Positions 13,601 to 23,573 of a stretch of 64,000 nucleotides of DNA are shown here, piece after piece (position 1 is the stretch's first letter; every line of letters starts with the position of its first letter). The stretch comes from Moniliella sp. 'wahieum'. Lineage: Eukaryota. Location of the stretch: the NCBI GenBank assembly GCA_003971905.1, contig RSEE01000022.1, positions 434,001 through 498,000 on the forward strand, read 5' to 3'. Position numbers and translations under genes: made by a program. Under the pieces are notes generated by a model. That model was not told the DNA's origin. It saw only the letters and a program-made list of their open reading frames with translations, and did not search any database.

Positions 13601-15177
13601 GAAGAAGGTGGGGCGCCTGTCGCGTTGGATCCGTCAAAAGCCGCTCATTAACCAAGTCACTCTCAAGGCCATTGTCCTCCATCTCGCTCGTCTGGCCTCC
13701 GTGGCTGACGCTGGCCCCGTTCAAGCCACTTCTGACCTGGCTCATGTCTTTGCCCCACTCTGTTTGGCAAACACCGCGCACAGGAAGCGGGGGCGGATGT
13801 GGCTGCTGCCCTGGAAGTTGACCTCACTGGCCGACCTGATTGCGAACCATGAACACATCCTCCCCCCTGACCCGATGGAGGTCCCGTATTCCGCATGGGA
13901 CGAGGGGCAAGCCGAGGTCCAGACCGAAGCCCTTCCTCCTCTCATGCCTACACTTTTGACTGAGGAGACTCCATCGGAGAACGAGCATGACAGCGATCTG
14001 GCCAAGGCTGATGACCAACTTGAGCACAACTTCGATGACAAGCTGCAGGCTGGCGAATTGGATGGCAAACTTCACGAGCCACTCCCCCAGGTGGGGGAAT
14101 TGCCACTCCCATGATGGCTCACTCCCCGAGCGACTCTGCACACAGCGCGTATGACACGGCGGCATCGCACTTCCCTTCGATCCAAAGCCACGGGGGGAGA
14201 ATGAGGAGGTGCAGGGGGGGGGGAAGGTACCCCTTCTCTCCGCAGCTTGTCTCGCTTCGCCACCCCACTCCAGGCTGAGGAGGAGAAGAGAAGGAAACGG
14301 ACACCGGTACGGACCCGGGCATTGACACAGGTTCGGACACTAGCACGAACACTGATAAGCGGGTGGAGTCACACCTTCCCACTCCTCCCTCAGAGGCTAA
14401 AGGGACAGTATGGGGTCCTCCCCTATGCCTCCCCCCCCGGTTCCCACATCGCCGACCAAGGGGGCTGGATGCTCACGCGATGCGACACGTAGGCAGCCCC
14501 TTGACTTTGCTTCAGCGCCAATCCATGCCTGAACGCGAAGTCGAATTTGACCCGCCTACATCGGGCCCCCAATTCGAGACGGACGAAGACGAGGATGCGC
14601 CTTATCGTGGCCTGAGTTTCCCCCTACACTCGTCCTCTACCCGTTCGGATGCTACCCCGTACCCCAAGGATCCACCCACTTCCCAGGCTCCCACTGAGCA
14701 CCCGGGGGAAGACACGCACAGCGCCACCGCAAGCCTGTCCGAATGGGGCACCACTTCGTCTCGTGCGCAATCACAGCGCAAACCCGCAGGCGCGGAGGCC
14801 CCCAAGGAACAAGCAGATGCTGTGGATAAGAAGCAGGTTTCATCCCCTGAGAGTGGGCAGACGGTGTTGACGGACCCATATGCCGATGCAGATGACGACC
14901 AGACTTTCCCTGCCGGTTCTCCCCATCCGGCACGCATCTCATTGACTCCCAGTGAGCCACGACACTCTCCCCTGAAGGATACCACCGGTCTCTCCCCCCA
15001 GCAGGCGAAACGAAGGGAAGCGGTGCGGTCCTCGCTCGTGTCGGATGCGCAGCGGCGCAGCAGCACCGCTTCTTCCCGGCGCCAGTTCCCCTCTGGTGCC
15101 CGTCGCAGCGTTCGGCGCAGTCTCTGGGCCGACGTTTCCAGTCCCTGGCCGAGGGCACTGTGTCCCAGAAAGTTTAA
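10692..15177 (+). CDS. F-BAR (FCH) plus RhoGAP-like domain protein with long disordered termini
   Basis: Helical F-BAR-like segments (AFKTTIAEADSYIYFYEHK; LDALQVEVVAPWKAFRDEQERICRRIKGDL), then WYGIVKDLLFGFNLTDY, PLIVSKVIEWVE, AVTALLQFYLTQLPSAPLP, INQVTLKAIVLHLARL, DLAHVFAP. Many frameshifts; start and stop inferred. Confidence 0.78.
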
Positions 15178-16510
15178 TTCTCGATTTTCTCCCCACCCCC
15201 ACCTCCTGTCCCCTTTTTCTTCTTTCCAGTAATTCTCCTCCTTTCTCGCTTCTTTGGGCCCGGGTTGAGAGGGTGGCCTTTTGGCGTTGCGCCAACCCTG
15301 GGCCCAAGGAATTCTCAGTTCTCTGTTATCTGCTTACTACTCCCTGGTGCTATCCTTATCTGTTAATCATGCCTGTTTGTGGTTTTAAATAACACAAGGG
15401 TACCGTCTCGGTTGTGTTGACGCGTTGACGCACGCCCATCAAAAGATTGTATCCCCTTATAGGCCGGGCCTTATCGATCAGAGGTGGCGGCTTCCTCGAT
15501 CAAACTCTCAGACCAAATGCCCCACACATGACGGTATCCCGATGGCGATAACGACCGAGATGTCAATGATTAATGAGAGAGGAGAGTTCAGCGGTACCAT
15601 AGGCCAAAAAACTTTTACGGGGGGGAGCTATAATAGGATGAAGAGTTGAAGGACCATACCAGGGCATTTTGGACATGAATATGGATATGGTATGGACGTA
15701 CCACTGTGATTAAACCATCAGCAGTGGCTTCTTAGGTCTGTTAACGTTTAACCGTCATTGTCTATGTGGAAACGACTCTCGCAAACCAGCCGAATTTGGC
15801 CAAGTGGTGCCCCCAAATGCATCTCAACTGACTGATGCGCACTGTGGAAGTTGCTTGTTTCCTACTTTCCTACACCTGTTGTGGTTCGTGGCCGGCACAG
15901 CCGTCGACGCCGTATCGCTGAAGGTGACAGCCTCCTCACACCAGATAGAAATGATACTGTCTTGGTGTTGTGGTGAGAGAGCAGTGTAATAAGTGTGGGG
16001 GGAGCACAGTGGAAGTATCAAGAACAGGCGATGACACCCACCCAGTGGTTGCGGTTAGCAAGGACGCGATAGGCATCATGCATTTAACCCGTCCAAAGCC
16101 ACAGGGCGGCTCAGATCTCACGGCAAACCGTTCATTGCGGCATAGGATTGTGTTAGAGGCATATGCGTGGGAGGATGTGTCTCAAAAATGGGACTGGCTG
16201 TGTCCCAACAGATCAACTGGTACAAAAATGAGACAAATCGCATGCATCGCACCTACTGATATTCCAATGGGGCCCCGCCCATCGATCGCCTATCATCCAT
16301 GCATCATACATCATACATCGACAATCCGCGCACACACTGCCCCCCTTCCGCCACCCCGCTAGCCCAACTGTCCGCACAGCGTCACTGTGTACGCCTAAAG
16401 TACGCCTCGCATGTCAGGCACTGGCGCTGTGCCCAGGCGGGCCCAGCAGTGCTCCGAGGACACCTGAGCGCCTGAGCCTCGACCACGACCACGCTCGCTC
16501 CCTCGCCAAC

Positions 16511-16520
16511 ACATAAAAGG
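16511..16520 (+). promoter_or_regulatory. TATA-like box upstream of the pseudokinase gene
   Basis: ACATAAAAGG about 95 bp upstream of ATG 16610, followed by a pyrimidine-rich leader. Confidence 0.35.
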
Positions 16521-16609
16521 CCTGCACGCCGCCATCTGGCCCTCTTCATTCTCCCACCACCGCCTGCCTTCATTCCTGCGACGCCGCCAAACGACACACA
16601 GCATCTGCA

Positions 16610-18358
16610 ATGGCCCTGCTCAAGTCGTCTGCCTTCTCCCGCCGCCCGCGCGTCGGCCAGCTTGGCCCGCGCCTCAAGCAGGCCCTCCCGCACAAGGGAC
16701 ACAAAGCCAGCACCCTCCTTCGTCCTTGTCTTATCCCTCCCCTCCCACGCTCGGCGCCCGCGGCACCGTTGCTCCCCACTCCTCTCCCTGCGCCGGCCCC
16801 GCTTCCGATGCCCCGGCCGATTTGCAATCTGCCACGCCGGCGCCATGCCACCGGCGCTGTTCCTCGGACGCCTGGTGGCGCAGCAGCACCATCTGTCGCC
16901 ATCGCTACCGCCGCTGCCAGGGTTGTACCCGCCACTACCCCCCCCCGTGTTGCGCAAGCGCTCTAATGAGAACGTCTTTGCCACTTTTGGTACACCGCCA
17001 CCCAAACGGCACCAAGTGAAGCATGCTCGCATCGCTGAAGACAACAATACCACCCATTATTTCTCACCCTATCCCAATGAAAATGCAAGCGTATGTTCTC
17101 TCCCTCTACATGCCCCCATAACTTGGAAGCTAACCCTGAACTTCACGTGCAGCCTGCTGTTGCCGACGAGGTGCAAGCCGACCCAGTGGAACTGGACAAT
17201 CTCGCCAGCATTGGTGGCACTCAAGTCATTGGCCCCGTCCTCGTCTTTTCTCGGAGCGACAGCTGCGCCTATCTTCGGCGCAGCGATACATCGTTACCGG
17301 GGACCGTGGCAAGACCCCCCATGGACATGCAATGCTGGCCCATGACATGGTCACCAACCAAGAGGTGGTCATCAATGTCAGCCACACCGCGACGGACATG
17401 CGTGCCGAGAGCATGCGCCAGGCCCGGATCCTGCATGCAGTGGGAGCCATGAAGCCGGACGTCATTGGCTGGGTACACGTGCGCGAGGTGTTTCTCTACA
17501 ACCACGACCGCCTTTGCATCGTGTTTGACAACAAAGCTTGCACGCTGGACCGCTTTAAAGCACGACCTCCACGGTCGTGGGCTCCCACTGGAGCACATCC
17601 AGGCCATCATGAAGCAACTCATTCTCTTTCTCGCCTCCCTCCATGACCAGGGCTTCGTCCATGGCAATCTGACCGCAGAACACATTCGGTTCGACAGCAC
17701 CACCGCTGCTCTCATCCCCAACCCCTCCAATAACGGCGAGGTGGTTCCGTTCCTCTCTTCGCCAATGGTCCACATGACTGGTGCGGGTAACATCCGCATT
17801 CGCCCCAGCACCAAACCGAGTGCCCTTCCCAAGGCCTACCTTCCCCCCGAGGCGCTGCTTGGCACCACGCCTGGTCGGCTCCCCTCGACATGTGGGCAGC
17901 TGGGTGTGTGATGCTGGAGCTGATGACGGGCAAGCTTCCATTTGGACCCCATCAGCGCGATGTCTGGCCGACGCAGGAGGCGTACAACCATACAAAGCAG
18001 AGAAGCACGCCTTTGAGGCCAGCGATACACCCCTCTTGGCGCAGATGCAGAGCGCGCTGGGTGTGATGCCCAACAGCCTGCTGGTCAATCTTCCGGCCGA
18101 CAAGCGTCAGCAGCTCTTCTTACCCGATGGCACTGTGCGCACCACTAAACCGATCCCATCCACCCCACTTTCTCGGTACCGGTACCACCAGAACGAAGCA
18201 AAGTACATGACCTACGACATTTGCTTCGGGACCTTGTCGGTCAACTTCTCGAGCCCGACCCCAACCTGCGCATCTCGGCCCAGGAGGCTTTGAAACACCG
18301 CTTCTTTGACCTACAACGCGGCACGGACTACCCACGCAACATTCACCTGCCGCAGTAA
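16610..18358 (+). CDS. CMGC (LAMMER/CLK-like) protein-kinase-fold protein, probable pseudokinase
   Basis: Intron 17091-17152 (GTATGT..GCTAAC..CAG). Subdomains recognisable: RYIVTGDRGKTPHGHAMLAHD..EVVINV, RLCIVFD, LPLEHIQAIMKQL..LHDQGFVHGNLTAEH, YLPPEALLG..WSAPLDMWAAGCVMLELMTG, LLAQMQSALG, LLEPDPNLRISAQEALKHRFF. Confidence 0.85.
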
Positions 18359-19224
18359 CCGCCATCCGGCTTACTTTTACTTGAACTCTTATTTTGGATC
18401 AGCATCACCCACATTGGCCCTTTGTTGTTCCCATGGCCCAGCGCCCCACCATCAAATCTAGTATGCATTGGGCATGTTGAGTGCGTGGAAGGAAGATGTC
18501 CAACACTCCTATTGTGTACCCCCGCCAACCAAAATGGGTTGACAACATGTGGAGAGTGGAACCCTCTCCTGATGAGCGATGAGAAGGACAGATTTAACGA
18601 GGTCGAGCACATCGCTCCCCCGGCCCTGCCTCAGGGTTTATCCACCTAATCGTCCGCACCATTATTGGAGCATACATGAATGACCAAATCATTTGGTCCA
18701 TCCGCGGCCAACTGAGGACGCATCCGGCCCCGTCGGATGTTATGTTTTCTCGCACCGGTTCCTTTTACTTCTGATCCCTCTTTCCCTTTTCCCTACCGCG
18801 GGGCTCTCATATTCAATTGAATTGTCTTCTCTCTATGGATGGATTAAGCAACCCCTCCGCCTCGTGTAGTGATGCCATTGCCACAGAGCCGCCAATATAG
18901 TACTGCTTATCATATATATAGTTGATGATTATTTGTAGAAAGACGGATGAGCGCTGCAGGGGAAACATGACCTCTCTGTTGCAGATCATGCAAACTGAAA
19001 GGTGGCCTTTTTTACGTTGGGAAAGCCGCTTTGCCCCCTGCCTTCCCCGCCTGCTCACTCTCGTCCGTGGCGCATTTGGGTTTGAGCACAGCACTTGGGG
19101 TTTTGCCGGCTCGTGTTCCTCAGCATGCCTCATCGCGCGCGACACCACACCTCAGCGCACAGCGCATATCTCTAAGTTGTGTCCATATATCATTGACAGA
19201 GTTTAAGGCTGGGACAGGGAGTCG

Positions 19225-20683
19225 TGTTAATGCGAGGACAAAGGCCTACGGAAAGAAGAAGACAGAGGGAGGTGATGGATCTATTCCAAGAGAGGAGCCC
19301 GTTAGGGGCAGAACATAGAGGAGAGTCGGATAGAACAGCGCGATGCGTGATGCGTCCTTGTGCGAGGAAACAGCCTTGGTGACGAGCACTGTGTCCTCGA
19401 TGTTCAAGAACTGCAGCGCTTGGTTCCGGGTCTTGCCCTGGAGCTGTTGCTCCTTCACGCGATTCGGCTCAGGGCAGCTATTGGCAAGAACGCTCCAGGC
19501 ACGAACGCTGAGCGGGAGTCCAATCATTTCACCCATACCCACGATCCGCTCGATGCGGGCAAGGAACTTCCGCGCCGTCTCATGCGCCGCAGGCTTAAGT
19601 GTGTCCAGGCGGGAACTGACATCACTCTCAAGTTTGACCTGGGTGGGACGATTGCGCTCGCACATCTTGCGGTACAGGCCTGAGGCCGAACCGCAGGCAA
19701 CATGACTCTGCGTGGTCGAGTCACATTGGTCAAAAGGACATGCTCGAGCCGCCTGTCGATCAGCTCTTCCTCAGGGGAAGAGGGGCCGTTGACGACTAGG
19801 TTCAGGAACTGGTATGCCGAGAGCTGGTTGCGCGTATCATAGTCATAATCAAGCCAGTGCGTCGTTCCGAGTTCCCAGGAGGGTAAGCTGTTTCCTTTAG
19901 CCAGCGCCCTAATCATCTCCTCCTCCACAGAACGTGTCTGATGAGAAGGGATTTCCAGAGGTGGGAAAGTGTCAACACTGCTGGGGCTGGGCAGATGTTC
20001 GAACTGGGGGAAACCAATTGGGAATCAGCGCCGCGGTACCTTGAATGCGGTACTTGCGGGCAAAGTAAGCAAATTCGTGCATGAATGCGGGGTCGTGAAT
20101 CGCATCTTGTGCCTGTTCCGTAGACCACTCGGGGTGTAAATCTTGAAGATGCAACAGGAACATGAGCTCATGGTGGGTTAGGTTGGTTTTCGGGGAGTGA
20201 TTTCCTTCGACAGAGGGGGGGGTGCCATCGTGGGCAATTTGGGCGTCTTCACCGTCCAGACGCTCGGGGGCGGCGGGGGTGGCGTGGGAACTGCAGGCTC
20301 CTCTTGGGTAGCCTCGACACGAGGAATGGAAACTGCGGGCTCCTCATGGGTAGCTTCGACAGGGAGAATGGCGTCGGCAGACATGCTTTCGGCGCGCGGG
20401 TTACGCTTCTTCTTGGAAAGGGGTGGAAAAACAGTATCGGCTCCGGAACGGAGACCAGGCATTCACCGCCGTGTGGGGTGGGGGTAGGTGGGAAAAAATA
20501 TAAGTAGGGCTCAGGCGGGCAGACGAGAGAGGTGTAGTCTCCGCCTACTCAGAGGATAGTGTGGGCTCAACCTGTTAATGCGGACAAAGGCCTACGGAAA
20601 GAAGAAGACAGAGGGAGGTGATGGATCTATTCCAAGAGAGGAGCCCGTTAGGGGCAGAACATAGAGGAGAGTCGGATAGAACA
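19225..20683 (-). mobile_element. Truncated/rearranged LTR retrotransposon (Ty1/copia-like) with gag-like ORF
   Basis: Near-identical ~112-bp direct repeats 19225-19337 and 20573-20683 bounded by TGTT..AACA. On the minus strand the LTR end is followed by GGTTGAGCCC, resembling the GGTTATGAGCCC copia half-tRNAiMet PBS. Frameshifted ORF 20462-~19356 ends in a gag-like helical segment (LDTLKPAAHETARKFLARIERI). No pol, PPT or TSD. Confidence 0.65.
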
Positions 20684-20934
20684 GCGCGATGCGTGATGCG
20701 TGATCAGCTGCATGCATGATGGCGCTGACAAGTCGCTACGTCTAAACCGAACCGTTCATCTTGCGGGGGTTACTAATAACGGCAAACCGGCGCCCAGTTT
20801 ACCGGGTGTGCCTCGCAGTGCCTCCACGTAGCCTGTTCGACAACGGATTCCAGCTTGTAAGTAGATTTGGAAGCGTCGTGGCCAGTAACTCGGTACGACT
20901 CGGTGTATATTACTCCAAATGTACACTCTCCGCG

Positions 20935-21216
20935 AAGCTTGAAGCTTGAAGCTTGCTGAAGCTGAAGCTTGAAGTTAATAAGCTTGACGACGACTGTGAA
21001 ATGGGGTGGCCGCGTGATCTCTGAATTAATCTGAGGTGCCCTCTTGGGGCCTGTGATATGTGAGGCCGCAGCGGCCTCAGCCTGAGGCCTGAGGCCCCCT
21101 GAAGCTTGAAGCTTGAAGGCCGGGGAACGTGTGAACGTTGAACGTCAACGTTTTGAACTTCAACGCTGAAGAACGTGCGGTGCGGAATGTTGAACTCAAC
21201 GTTGAACGTTGAACGT
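20935..21216. repeat. Compound low-complexity array of palindromic-core heptamers (GAAGCTT, GAGGCCT, GAACGTT)
   Basis: gaagcttgaagcttgaagctt.., cctgaggcctgaggcc.., aacgttgaacgttgaacgt between the two LTR elements. Confidence 0.8.
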
Positions 21217-21273
21217 GAGAAACGTGTAGCGAACGCAGTGTGAGCGCTCAGGCTGAGCGCGCTGAGCAGTGGA

Positions 21274-22675
21274 TGTTGGCCTAGGGAGCCGGACGGCAGC
21301 AGAAGGATGAGGAGAAGGTGATGGATTGGAGCCAGAGTTGGGTCTGGGTACAGAGGCATCTATATAGGAGGCTGGACTAGGCACAGGGACAGTGAGTCAC
21401 ACAGGAGAGAGTGCAGGGCACAGGGACAGTGACACGCAGGGACGTCAGCGTGGAAGCCGATGGAACCGAGGCGAACCTGGTCTACCGACTGGGAGCCAGA
21501 GGATCACAGTCAACACCCCCGCTGGCCAGGGAACCCGGAGACATCGGTTGTGGGATGAGCTCCTGCCAGTGTGATGTAGAGAGGGGAGGACTTGAGTGGC
21601 AACCGGGACGAATGGCCTGGAGTTGTGCATGGCCACACGACTGGCCTACACCCCGCTGTCCAGGATGACACCTGAACGAGCCGAGCGCTTGTGGTTGGTG
21701 TATTGTGCGACCGCCAGCAGATGCTTGTAGAAGTCTTAGAAGTAAAAGTAGTAGGGGTTGCGCCCCGAAGCGATTTGGTGGGCAAAAGTAAAAAGCACCA
21801 GTTATAGGTGTAGTGAAAGAAAATTGGAAACTTGGAGTAAATGCGGTCCAAGGTCGTTTGGCATCAAAATTGGATGCGTTTGGTAGTTGTTTGGTTCCGC
21901 ATGCCTGGTGCCAGTGGGGTCCATTGGGCATGGGAAATGAACGGGCGCTATGCGTCAACCGTCTTGATCTGTTTGGGTTCTCTTTGTTGTTGAAAAAGAG
22001 GAGTGGAAGAAGTTGGGTGACCCCCCCCCCATCCTTTCCCCAGGTGCCCCGGATGAATTGGCATCCGGGGCGTGTAGCCGTGGGTGGGGCACTTGATGAG
22101 CAGCCACCCCCGCTTTCTGCGATTCGCCTGCGCCGTTTTGTCGTTGGAGGAATTTCGTCTCGTTGACGATACCCGACACGTTTTGTTCCGTCGTGTGTTG
22201 TCCCAAAAATCATTGCCCCATCTGTGGGGGACGAGTGTGCCGATTGTGGCGGTAGTATGCCGATTGTGGCGGTAGTATGCCGATTGTGGCGGTAAGGTGC
22301 CGATTGTGGCGGTGGTGGTGTTGTTGGGCGGGAGGACGGGTGTGTCTTGTGGGCTTGGCGGCTTAGCTTGGGCTTGTAGGCTTGGGGGTGGGCTTGCTTG
22401 AAGAGCGCTCCCCTTCCGGGGGGATCAGATTGTAGCTCTGTTGGCCTAGGGAGCCGGACGGGCAGAAGGATGAGGAGAAGGTGATGGATTGGAGCCAGAG
22501 TTGGGTCTGGGACAGAGGCATCTATATAGGAGGCTGGACTAGGCACAGGGACAGTGAGTCACACAGGAGAGAGTGCAGGGCACAGGGACAGTGACACGCA
22601 GGGACGTCAGCGTGGAAGCCGATGACCGAGGCGAACCTGGTCTACCGACTGGGAGCCAGAGGATCACAGTCAACA
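21274..22675 (-). mobile_element. Non-autonomous LTR retrotransposon (TRIM-like), recently inserted
   Basis: LTRs 21274-21515 (242 bp) and 22439-22675 (237 bp), TGTTG..CAACA, differing only by small deletions. 5-bp TSD GTGGA at 21269-21273 and 22676-22680. PPT-like AGCGGGGG abuts the left LTR on the minus strand. TATA-like CTATATAG in the LTR. The 923-bp interior has no RT or integrase. Confidence 0.93.
22238..22313. repeat. 20-bp minisatellite x~3.8 (TGCCGATTGTGGCGGTAGTA) inside the non-autonomous LTR element
   Basis: Period-20 repeat visible directly. Confidence 0.92.
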
Positions 22676-23573
22676 GTGGAGGAGCAGCGGGCCAGCTAGG
22701 GCCAACTAGGAATACGTGCGCGTGTTCTGGGAAAACGCGTGCACACGGCCTGCGTTACAAGTTACAGTTACAGGGTTGCACACTAAGCTTTCAGGCTAGC
22801 GGTTACCGGTTAAATTGTGCACTTGAATGAGAACTAGGAACTAGGAACTAGCAATTAACTACGACATCAAATTCAAATTTCAACCCCGGAACAACTCTTC
22901 GGCACAGTTCGGCAGCCAAAACAGATGTGCGGGATTCGACATCACATGCATCACGTGTCACATGTATCATACATCATGCATCATGCATCAGAGCTCAGCG
23001 TCATGCATTACGCGTTACGGGGGTGCGTGACAAAATGAGTGGTACGCATGACGGGGCCAATTGGCCAACCCTATCGGCCCGAGCACCCCGGCACGGAGCA
23101 ACTACTGAGCGCTCAAGCTGAGCACCCAAATACGACGACGACGAAATGCGCGGCCATCGAGCGACATCATGCATCCGCTATCATGCATCCCATATCACCA
23201 TGCAACATGCAACGCACATGTTCACACAACGTTTCCAATCCAACCGCCAAGTGCAGTGAGCGAGCCAGCTGGAACGGCCCGGAACGGCACCACCCAGTCG
23301 ACGCGAACAACTGCGGCCCCGCCTTGTTGCCAGTCTGTCACAGCGTGCGTTATGCGTGGGCGGGGGACTTGTTCGTCGTCATTAACGTTTAACGTTAACG
23401 TCATTAATCATTGATCATCGACATCGCGGGTAACCGGAACCGGTAACCGGCAACCGTCGGCAACGGTAACCGTGACGGGACCATGCAACCGTCTGTTCTG
23501 GCCATCATCCCCACCATTCCCTTCGCATCGCCATCGCCATCGCCATCGCCTCTCTCTCTTTCTCTCATATGCC

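Noticed and set aside
15560..15810. Minus-strand integrase-like ghost (KFGWFARVVS.., VRPYH.., SFNSSSYYSSP)
   Set aside because: Similarity too weak to separate from chance without a profile search.
22238..22313. CRISPR-like array
   Set aside because: Head-to-tail 20-bp units with no unique spacers, no cas genes and a eukaryotic context; it is a minisatellite.
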